From Mycoplasma mobile 163K (GTDB lineage Bacteria; Bacillota_I; Bacilli_A; Mycoplasmatales; Metamycoplasmataceae), in contig NC_006908.1 in assembly GCF_000008365.1 (NCBI RefSeq), positions 360,001 to 392,000 of the forward strand: a stretch of DNA of 32,000 nt. The letters are read 5' to 3'. Positions 14,479 to 23,407 of the stretch are shown here, piece by piece (positions within the stretch are counted from its first letter, which is position 1; every line of letters starts with the position of its first letter). The position numbers were made by a program, and so were the translations under genes. A model generated the notes under the pieces. The model was given only the letters and a program-made list of their open reading frames with translations. It was not told where the DNA came from and ran no database searches.

Positions 14479-14736
14479 ATGGCAAAGACAAAATCAGGTG
14501 GATCGACAAGTAATGGTCGTGATAGTAAAGGTAGAAGACTAGGTCAAAAACTTGGAGATGGACAATTCGCTTTAGCAGGTTCAATTATCTATCGTCAAAG
14601 AGGAACAAAAATTCACCCAGGTGAAAATGTTGGTATTGGTAAAGATCATACTTTGTACACTCTAATTGATGGATATATCAAATATGCTATAAAGCGTAAT
14701 AGAAAATATGCTTCAGCTTTTGAAGAAAGAAAATAA
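14479..14736 (+). CDS. rpmA: 50S ribosomal protein L27
   Basis: 85 aa. [24 protein letters not shown]...[19 protein letters not shown] is canonical L27. It starts 3 nt after the rplU stop. Confidence 0.97.
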   Translation: MAKTKSGGSTSNGRDSKGRRLGQKLGDGQFALAGSIIYRQRGTKIHPGENVGIGKDHTLYTLIDGYIKYAIKRNRKYASAFEERK

Positions 14737-14761
14737 ACAACATATTTGTTGTTTATTTTTT
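14735..14761. terminator. bidirectional hairpin terminator shared by rpmA (+) and the convergent 307-aa gene (-)
   Basis: A 7-bp stem (aaacaac 14735..14741 pairing with gttgttt 14748..14754) has a 6-nt loop and is followed by atttttt on the plus strand. The minus-strand side is also T-rich. It overlaps the rpmA stop and the last codons of the convergent CDS. Confidence 0.55.
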
Positions 14762-15676
14762 ATTATCTTCTCTTTTAATATTTTTTAAGTATTGAACAAA
14801 ACTCTTATTAGCATAATCAAAACTATATAACTTAATAATAGGACTAATTTCTAAAGGCAAACTAAAATCATTTGGACTATAAATTTTACTTTGTAATTTC
14901 AAATAAGAATTTTCTGTAACAAATATTAAATTTTCAAATGTAAGTAAATATAAAGCCGTATTATTTAATGAATTTAACACAAAAAAGTTTTCTTTAGACT
15001 CAAAATAAAGAACAAAAATATTAAAAAATTTTCCTCTTAAAACATAATCATTATATAAAAAAGGTTCCTCTTTGAATTTTTTACTTATTCTATGCATTAA
15101 AAGAGGGAGACTTGAAGAAAAAATTAAAGATAAATCTAAAGTTTTATGAACATCTTCATTAAATAAAATTTTGATTATGAGTTTATCTACATCTTTTTCA
15201 CAAAAGATATTTACAAAATTGTAGCTTTTAGAAATTCTGAAAAAATAATTTGTGACAATATTTTGAAATTGAGGCTTAATCATTTTTAAAGTAATAATTA
15301 AAGCAGAGTATTTAATAGATTGCGTTTTATCCAAATCATTTTTAATACTCGAATCAATATTTTTAATGTTTTCAACATTTAAAAGTAAATCTTTTGAATT
15401 GAAAAAATTTCCTGTTTCGTCACTATCTACAAAATAATTTACATTATTAAATGAAAAAGATTCTTGGGAATTTCTTTGTAAAATAAATAATTCATTAGCA
15501 ATATAGTACTCTTGAAAATTTTCATCATATTTATCTAAATTTCAAGAATATCTTTTACCTGTATTGAATTCTTCTTTTACAATATAAGTTCCTGTAAAAT
15601 CTTTTACAACATCTTTATTTCCAAAATTTTTCTTTCATAAATCATTTGCAAATTTTTTTAAATTAAGATCTTCCAT
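14753..15676 (-). CDS. hypothetical protein (307 aa), last gene of the metK-nuclease operon
   Basis: ATG at 15676 is preceded by AAGGAG (caaAGGAGaacaaaATG). The frame is continuous with track ORF 14753..15334 across two in-frame TGA, and the stop is TAA at 14753. The start overlaps the upstream CDS by 14 nt. I recognised no motif. Confidence 0.7.
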
Positions 15677-17411
15677 TTTGTTCTCCTTTGAAGCTATTGT
15701 TTTGCATATATATTGCAAAATCATATACCATAAGCATAGCTCTTACGTCATTTTCACAGTATTTCTTCAAATTTTCTTTTTCTTTTTTTCATTCTTCATT
15801 TCCAATAATATTTAAAGATCTTTTAATTCCTAGTTTCATAGCCATTAAACCATCTTTTACTTCTAATGTAGAATAAGGAACAATATTATTTTTCAATTTT
15901 ATTTGATTTTTTGTAATGTATTTTTCAATTTTTTTTATACTATAAAATCCTTTTAGTTCTGACAGAAATATTGGTGTTTGATCCACTTTTGGAATAAATA
16001 ATTCAGCAAGGTCAACTGTTTTAGAAATTATGTACTCAATTCTTTTATTCAAATCATTTAATTTTTCTACATTTCCAAATAATTTATTTTTAGTTGTTTT
16101 TAAATTTTCACACATTTCTTTTAATCTTGTGTTTTCATATGATTTATTGTAAACAACATAAGAATCAGCTTTTTTTGAATAAATAGTATTAATTATTTCA
16201 ATGAAATTTTCGTTAGTATAGTTTAAAGGATCATAAACAAGATTATTTTTTGAAATAATTTTGTCATTTAATGTTTCAATAATTGATAATTGAAAAGGAA
16301 TTTGTTTATAAGGCAAATAATTATCAATTGCAGAATAAGGAAGAGAATATGATTCAAAATCGTATCAAATTATTCTTGCATTTTTTTCTTTTAAAGACTT
16401 TATTACATTTTCTATTTCTGCAAATCTTATTTCATCTCTATTTTCTTCAATATCTCTTCTTATTTTTGATTCCTTAGGATTATTTGATATTATTTCATTC
16501 TTTGAAATAACTTTTCCACTAAAATCAGAATATTTTGGACAATCTAATTTGATTAATTCTTTTAAAAAAGGGTTTTCTCCCCAATCTGTATTATCATCTT
16601 GATTTAAGGGCAATCTATTTTTAATTTCTAAAGCTTGATTTATTTGACTTAAATATAAATCAAAAGGCATAAAGTCTAAATTTTTTTTAATCATTCTACT
16701 AGAGATTTTTTCATAAATGGTTTCTGATTCATCAGATTCTCCAGAAGATCTTAATTTTTTTTCAAAATAAAAAATATCTTTTTTTGAACTTCTTTTAGTT
16801 TTAGTTGTATTTGCATAAAAAGTTTCATGAAAATCAATTTCGTTTTTAAGATAATTGTCTTTGTAATTTAAAATAATCAATGAGTATTGTTTAATTTCAA
16901 AAAAAGCAGTAGCAATTGAAAAATCATAAAAAGCTTTTATATAATCGCTTAACTTAGTTGATGTTGTGAATTTTATTGCTCCAATTTTTTTATTTTGTTT
17001 ATCATAAAAAGCAATTTTTGCAACTGCATTTTTATATTTAAAAACAGGATTTATGATAAGTTTCATTTTTTCATCTTGGATTGCATCTAGAGTTTTTTTT
17101 AAAGCTACTTCAATTTCTGTTTCAGTATTAATAAAAACTTCATTTTTATTAAATTTATTTGAAAGAAAATCAAATGCAGCCTCTTCTAGTTTTTTATAAA
17201 TATTAGCAGTAATATCAATGTTTCTAGTGTCTTCAGGGTTTAAAAAAATTTCTCAAATAGAATCTGTATTTTCTTCATCATCCATTGTATCTAATAGATC
17301 GGTATTAGCTGAAGGGATTTCTAAGTCATTTCAAACAAAAAACGCTTGAGAAGTCAATAATCTTTTAAAATTTTTTAAATAAATAATATTTTCTTTATTA
17401 TCAATTTCCAT
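15663..17411 (-). CDS. DUF2779-family protein (predicted RNase H-like/exonuclease fold C-terminal half)
   Basis: ATG at 17411 sits behind AAAGG. Track ORFs 16365..17066 and 15789..16316 share one frame and are joined by TGA, and the frame continues past the TGA at 15789 to TAA at 15665..15663 (582 aa). The hallmark stretch IIW-YDFES-YSLPYSAIDNYLPYKQIPFQLSI, then YNKSYENTRL and YCENDVRAM, match the DUF2779 pattern as I remember it (DFE...P-x-Q-I-PFQ-x-S, YN-x-x-FE, YC-x-x-D). Confidence 0.75.
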
Positions 17412-18243
17412 ATTCAACCTTTACTTTACCTTCTGAATCTCACTTTTTCAAAAGATTAAGTCATTCTTCTTCATTTTGACATTTTAAATAATCTAAAAGA
17501 TCTTTATCTTCAATAACATTGTACTCAGGAGAAACTCCTGTTTTAGTATGTTTATGATATCAATTTTTAACTTTTTCTAAATCATCTAATACTTGCTCTT
17601 TATTTATTTTGTATTTATATGATTTTATTTTTCTTTTTTTGATTGGATAATTTTCTGGATTTTCATAATCTTCATTTTTCAAAAAAGTTGCAACAATTGC
17701 GAATTCTTCAACACCCATTAAAAAAGAATATAATTGCGATTGTTTTAAATAAGAATTTGGAACACCATATTTTTCTCAATTTTCAAAATTAGATTCTTTT
17801 GTTGTTTTAATTTCTAAGATTATTTTTTTTTCTTCGACATATCCATCAGGGATTCCACCTACAATTTCATCTTTATCACTAAAATAATCGTAATTATATT
17901 TTTTTGGATCAAAAGTCTGAACTTTATAATTGCTTATTTGTTCTATTGCCTCAATTACTTTTGGCTCAATCATTATTCCAGCATTTACATACTTCGGATC
18001 TAAAATAGGCAAATTTAAATATGAAATTTTAGCAAATGCAGAAAATTCAGAATGAAATTTTTCATTCTTTAATAGAACATCACCAATATTACTTCCTCCA
18101 ATTTTTTTAAATCCAAAACTTCCTCACAAAGTTTTGTTTAAAAGTTTTTCATGAAATTCTTTTAATAAAATTAGTTTTTTAGACTCGCCATCCAATACAT
18201 AATCAATACCATTATAAAAGTGTCTTTTTTTGAGTTTATCCAT
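17398..18243 (-). CDS. YqaJ-like / lambda-exonuclease-type PD-(D/E)XK nuclease
   Basis: ATG at 18243 overlaps the metK stop (ATGGATAA). The frame is the same as track ORF 17776..18012, and the stop is TAA at 17400..17398 (281 aa). The core motif is GGIPDGYVEEKKIILEIKTT (D...E-x-K), with upstream SNIGDVL and downstream QLYSFLMGV, as in YqaJ viral recombinase-family exonucleases. Confidence 0.7.
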
Positions 18244-19396
18244 TATTCAATATTTTACCTTCAGGATATTTTTTCAAAAATTGTTTTATTTTGTCAACAT
18301 AATCTAATTTTTCTCATGATAAATCCAAGTCATTTCTTCCAAAATGACCGAAAGAAGCAACTTGTTCATAAATAGGCTTTTTAAGATCTAATTTTTCAAT
18401 TATTTCTCCAACATTGAAATTGAATAAATTTTTCACAACTTTTTCAATTAATTCTATTTTGTATTTTTCGTTAGTAACATTTATATTGATTGCGATAGGC
18501 ATTTCTTTTCCGATTGCAAATGCAAATTGTATTTCTACTTTATCAGCAACTTCTGCTGCAACTAAATTTTTTGCTACTCATCTTGCAAAATATGCACCAC
18601 TTCTATCGACTTTGGTGTAATCTTTTCCGCTAAAAGCACCTCCACCATGTCTTGCTCATCCGCCATATGTATCAACAATTATTTTTCTTCCTGTCAATCC
18701 TGTATCTCCGATTGGTCCACCAATTGTAAAATCTCCAGCAGTATTTATAAGAATTTCAAAATTTCTATTCAATTTATATTTATCTGTTACAACATAAATT
18801 ATTTCATCTTTTATAAATTTTTCAAATTCATCTTTATCTATATTTTTTTCATGCTGAATAGCCACTATGATTGTTACTAATTTAGGATTTTTAGGATCAG
18901 AATAATCCATAGTAACTTGTGATTTCATATCACTTTTAGCATTTTGAAAAGTCTTATTTAAACGTTTTTTTTCAGCTATTTTTAAAATTTCATGAGCTAT
19001 TACAAAATTTAATGGCAAAAATTGCTCTGTTTCATTTGTGGCATATCCAAAAACAATGCCTTGATCTCCTGCTGCAATCGATCCATTAGATTTATCAACT
19101 CCAAATGAAATATCACTACTCTGTTTATTTATATTTGAAATAATTGTAAAATCATTTTCATCATATCCTAGTTTCAATAAAATATTTCATGCTTCTTTTA
19201 CAACATCAATATATGAATTTGTTTTTATTTCACCACCAATTACAATTAACTTATTAGAAGCCATTACTTCACAAGCAACTCTTGCATTGCAATCTTTTTT
19301 TAAGATAGAATCTAAAATTCTATCACTAATTTGATCACAAATTTTATCAGGATGTCCTTTTCCAACACTTTCACTTGTAAAAATATTTGTCTTCAC
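18236..19396 (-). CDS. metK: S-adenosylmethionine synthetase
   Basis: GTG start at 19396 behind AAAGGGG. Three track fragments share one frame and are joined by TGA (386 aa). Motifs present: [50 protein letters not shown], and [20 protein letters not shown]. Confidence 0.95.
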
Positions 19397-19416
19397 TTAA
19401 ACCCCTTTGTATTATT

Positions 19417-20196
19417 TTATATATAACTATTATTTCTATTGTATTCAAAACCTATTTTTCTTTTAGGATCTTCTTGTTTTACAACAACAAATGACTGCTC
19501 AACATTTTTCTTTGGCATGTAGTTATTATTTCTATTGTATTCAAAACCTATTTTTCTTTTAGGATCTTCTTGTTTTACAACAACAAATGACTGCTCAACA
19601 TTTTTCTTTGGCATGTAGTTATTATTTCTATTGTATTCAAAACCTATTTTTCTTTTAGGATCTTCTTGTTTTACAACAACAAATGACTGCTCAACATTTT
19701 TCTTTGGCATGTAGTTATTATTTCTATTGTATTCAAAACCTATTTTTCTTTTAGGATCTTCTTGTTTTACAACAACAAATGACTGCTCAACATTTTTCTT
19801 TGGCATGTAGTTATTATTTCTATTGTATTCAAAACCTATTTTTCTTTTAGGATCTTCTTGTTTTACAACAACAAATGACTGCTCAACATTTTTCTTTGGC
19901 ATGTAGTTATTATTTCTATTGTATTCAAAACCTATTTTTCTTTTAGGATCTTCTTGTTTTACAACAACAAATGACTGCTCAACATTTTTCTTTGGCATGT
20001 AGTTATTATTTCTATTGTATTCAAAACCTATTTTTCTTTTTTCGTTTTTTATTTGAACAACATTTATAAATTCTTGGTTAAAATTTGATTTTAATTCGCT
20101 TTTAGGTTTTGTAAAATTTTCAAAAAAATTTATTTTTTTAATAAATTTTTTATCATTGTATTTTTGGTTTTCATTTTTTTTAGTAATAATATTCAT
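19417..20196 (-). CDS. tandem-repeat protein (259 aa; 52-aa basic N-terminus plus 6.5 identical 32-aa units), no signal peptide seen
   Basis: ATG at 20196 behind AAGGAG, and TAA at 19417. The unit KRKIGFEYNRNNNYMPKKNVEQSFVVVKQEDP occurs six times plus a partial copy. No hydrophobic segment is present. Confidence 0.8.
   Translation of the reverse strand: MNIITKKNENQKYNDKKFIKKINFFENFTKPKSELKSNFNQEFINVVQIKNEKRKIGFEYNRNNNYMPKKNVEQSFVVVKQEDPKRKIGFEYNRNNNYMPKKNVEQSFVVVKQEDPKRKIGFEYNRNNNYMPKKNVEQSFVVVKQEDPKRKIGFEYNRNNNYMPKKNVEQSFVVVKQEDPKRKIGFEYNRNNNYMPKKNVEQSFVVVKQEDPKRKIGFEYNRNNNYMPKKNVEQSFVVVKQEDPKRKIGFEYNRNNSYI
19428..20040. repeat. direct tandem repeat, 96-bp unit x about 6.4 copies, apparently identical
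   Basis: The anchor tctattgtattcaaaacc recurs at 19435, 19531 and onward every 96 nt. By eye the copies read identically across lines 19441-20040. The unit is a multiple of 3 and lies in frame within the CDS. Confidence 0.9.
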
Positions 20197-20252
20197 TATA
20201 AACTCCTTGATTTTTAAAATATGATTTGAATTTGAAGTCTTATTTTAATATT

Positions 20253-22217
20253 TTAAACATTTCATTTTTTTGGAATGTAACTAACTTTTGAATTATATTC
20301 ATATGTTTGTCCTTTATTAACAACTGAATTATTTGTAAAAATTATTTTTTCCTGAGTGTTGTTCACTTGTTTTTTAGGAATATATTCAAATTGTTGTCCA
20401 AAAGCATATTCATATCCAATAGTTCTTTTATTATTTTGTGGCTGAAAAAAAATAATTTGCTCTTGAGTATTATTTGTATTCACTTGTTTTTTAGGAATAT
20501 ATTCAAATTGTTGTCCAAAGGCATATTCGTATCCAACAGTTCTTTTATTATTTTGTGGCTGTGAAAAAATAATTTGCTCTTGAGTATTATTTGTATTCAC
20601 TTGTTTTTTAGGAATATATTCAAATTGTTGATTAAAAGCATATTCATATGGTTTTGCCTTGTTTAAAGGACTAACAGGTTCTTGTTGAAAAACAATTTGC
20701 TCTTGAGTATTACTATAATCATTATTATTCATTTGCTTTTTAGGAATATAGTTAAATTGTTGTCCGAAGGCATATTCGTATCCAACAGTTCTTTTATTAT
20801 TTTGTGGTTGTGAAAAAATAATTTGCTCTTGAGTATTATTTGTATTCACTTGTTTTTTAGGAATATATTCAAATTGTTGATTAAAAGCATATTCATATGG
20901 TTTTGCTTTGTTTAAAGGACTAACAGGTTCTTGTTGAAAAACAATTTGTTCTTGAATATTACCATTATTATTCATTTGCTTTTTAGGAATATAGTTAAAT
21001 TGTTGTCCAAAGGCATATTCGTATCCAACAGTTCTTTTATTATTTTGTGGTTGTGAAAAAATAATTTGCTCTTGAGTATTATTTGTATTCACTTGTTTTT
21101 TAGGAATATATTCAAATTGTTGATTAAAAGCATATTCATATGGTTTTGCCTTGTTTAAAGGACTAACAGGTTCTTGTTGAAAAACAATTTGTTCTTGAGT
21201 ATTATTTGTATTCACTTGTTTTTTAGGAATATATTCAAATTGTTGATTAAAAGCATATTCATATGGTTTTGCCTTGTTTAAAGGACTAACAGGCTCTTGT
21301 TGAAAAACGATTTGCTCTTGAGTATTATTTGTATTCACTTGTTTTTTAGGAATATATTCTGGTTTTGGGATACTATATTCTTTAACATTTTTATTTTGAT
21401 TAAAAGTATCTGAATTTGAATTAAAAGATGACTGGAAAAAATCACTATTTTCAATTTCATTTTTTGATCCCGTATTAAAATTAAGATCATCTTTTGTTTT
21501 TTCCAAATTAGGAAAATTTGAAACATCTTGATTTTGTTGGCTCGCATCATTTTGAATAAAAATAGTTTCTGAAAAATCACCTAAAGAATACTCTTTTTGA
21601 TTTAAATTATTTGTTTCAATTTTATTTACTGCCAATGAATTTTCTTGTGTGTTTGAGTAAGAATTTGAAAATATTTCTTTGTATTCTTCTTTTTCAATTT
21701 TATTGTTTGAAAAATCTTTTAATTTAGAAAAATCATATTCACTAAAATCAAGTTTTTTATTTAAATCATGAAATGAATTATTTTCATATTCATTTATAGG
21801 ATTTTTTTGAATCTTTGATTCTTCACGAAAAGTTTTATTTGTTCTTTTAAAGTTTTCTAAATATCCTGGAAAAATAAGGTCACTTTCAATTTTATTTTCA
21901 AAATTATTTCCTAAATTAGTTTCAATTTCATAATTCTTATTACTTTTTTTAAATGAATTAATATTGCTAATAGATTCTTTCCCGCTCGGAAAAAATGTTG
22001 CTGCAACTTTTAAGTCTAAAGTATTTGTTTCTATATTTTTATTTTTAAAAGGATCGAAACGATAAGGACCAGCATATGATTTTGAATTATAAAGATTTAC
22101 TTCATTTGTTTTATTCTCATTCTCAACTGGCAAAATTAAACTATTTTCAACAAATAATTCATCAGTTGTTTTTTTTGAAATTTTTTTTATTTTTTTATTT
22201 TTTTTGAATATTTTCAT
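20253..22217 (-). CDS. large tandem-repeat protein (654 aa; N/Q/Y-rich, about 9 C-terminal units of 39-43 aa in two alternating types), no signal peptide seen
   Basis: ATG at 22217 lies 2 nt after the pncB stop. The track ORF ends in TGA at 20262 and reads on through W-N-V to TAA at 20255..20253. Units of type A (EYIPKKQVNTNNTQEQIVFQQEPVSPLNKAKPYEYAFNQQF) and type B (EYIPKKQVNTNNTQEQIIFSQPQNNKRTVGYEYAFGQQF) alternate. Confidence 0.8.
20265..21360. repeat. direct tandem repeats, 117-129-bp units (A/B super-unit about 240-249 bp), about 9 copies, near-identical
   Basis: The anchor tgtattcac recurs at 20475, 20592, 20841, 21084, 21207 and 21330, giving spacings of 117, 249, 243, 123 and 123 nt. 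All spacings are multiples of 3. Confidence 0.85.
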
Positions 22218-22219
22218 AT

Positions 22220-23245
22220 TTACCTTTTTTCGCTTCCTAAATAAACTTTGTATCTTTTTGAATTATTTGTATCAAAATACTCTCTTCCTATTTTAGCTAC
22301 TTTCTCTCCGTTTAATTTTACTGCATCACAAGTAAAATGAGTTGTTATCCCCATAATATATTCACCTACTCCATAAGAATCAACAGGAGAATTTGCTTTT
22401 TCAAATTCTTGAATTTTACTCGGATTAAAACCCGAAGAAACTATAATCTTTACATGTTTTCCATTATTTAAATCTAGCTCTCTTCTTAATGCTTTAATTA
22501 AATGTGGGTTTGATCCATAAAATTCTTCAGAGATTTCATTTTCGAAATATTTATCTTTAACACTTTTAGAAGTATCAACTCTTACTCCGATTAATTTTTT
22601 ACCAAATTCTTTTAAAATTTTAAGCGATTCAGTTATAACATCATTATTATAATCAGGAAGACCAATTAAATCATCTTCAGGATACATTTCTTGATATGCT
22701 TTCAAAGCTTCTATTTGATTTCCCTTAAAATGTTGAATAAGAACATGAGGTATACTTCCGAAAACTAATTCACTCTTTCCATTAGCTTGAGCATTTGTTG
22801 AATAAGCATTTATTCCAGCAATTTTTGTACTATATCCATCTGATTCTTGATTAAGATACAAATCAGCTCTATCTCCCATAAAAATAATTTCTTTTTTAGG
22901 AGCAGCTTGCATACAATGATAGATGTTTGTAGCTATTGAAGTATTTCTTGCTAAAATTCCATCTATTATTCCTTCTAAAATTCCGAATTCTGTATATTTT
23001 CCTTCTAATTCTAAAACAACTTCTTTTGAGTTAATTATTTCTCCATCTTCTAAATATTTTATTTTATACTTAGAAGTATTTGTGTGTTTTTCAAGTAAAG
23101 TTAAGACTTCTTTAATGCCAGATAACTTAACATTATTTTTTCTTTGAAAAAATTGCATTGTAACAATATCATTTGGTTTATATTTTTTAATAATTTCATG
23201 TGCTTTTAAAAAATAGTTTGCTGCATAATCTTTTATTTCAAACAT
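22220..23245 (-). CDS. pncB: nicotinate phosphoribosyltransferase (short archaeal/mycoplasma type)
   Basis: 341 aa with ATG at 23245 behind AAAGGAG and TAA at 22220. Motifs present: GVRVDTSKSV, IIVSSGFNPSKIQEF and DSYGVGEYI, resembling the NAPRTase family core (R-x-D-S/T, S-G-G/F, GVG). Confidence 0.72.
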   Translation of the reverse strand: MFEIKDYAANYFLKAHEIIKKYKPNDIVTMQFFQRKNNVKLSGIKEVLTLLEKHTNTSKYKIKYLEDGEIINSKEVVLELEGKYTEFGILEGIIDGILARNTSIATNIYHCMQAAPKKEIIFMGDRADLYLNQESDGYSTKIAGINAYSTNAQANGKSELVFGSIPHVLIQHFKGNQIEALKAYQEMYPEDDLIGLPDYNNDVITESLKILKEFGKKLIGVRVDTSKSVKDKYFENEISEEFYGSNPHLIKALRRELDLNNGKHVKIIVSSGFNPSKIQEFEKANSPVDSYGVGEYIMGITTHFTCDAVKLNGEKVAKIGREYFDTNNSKRYKVYLGSEKR

Positions 23246-23407
23246 CGTAGTAACTCCTTTAAAATAGCTAAAATTAACTAGTCATATAATTAATAAAATT
23301 ATATATTAAAAAAGAACATTTAATAAGATATAGTAAAAAGTCAAAAATCAACTTTTTTTAAATCATTTATTTTTTTAAAAACCCTAATAAAATTTTATAA
23401 TTAAATT

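Noticed and set aside
14753-18243. The YqaJ-type exonuclease suggested a prophage or integrated mobile element.
   Set aside because: No integrase, transposase, terminase, capsid or SSAP gene is present, and no flanking direct or inverted repeats. The genes are translationally coupled to housekeeping metK.
19428-21360. The regularly spaced direct repeats might be a CRISPR array.
   Set aside because: There are no unique spacers between the units. The units abut head to tail, are 96-129 bp long (multiples of 3), and lie in frame inside two CDS. No cas genes are present.
23246-23407. I scanned the 162-nt divergent intergenic region between pncB and the SNF2 gene, and the other intergenic gaps (1033..1174, 4644..4814), for tRNA or small RNA genes.
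   Set aside because: These regions are uniformly AT-rich with no GC-rich cloverleaf-like segments or conserved boxes. They contain only generic TATAAT-like strings, which are not distinguishable from background.
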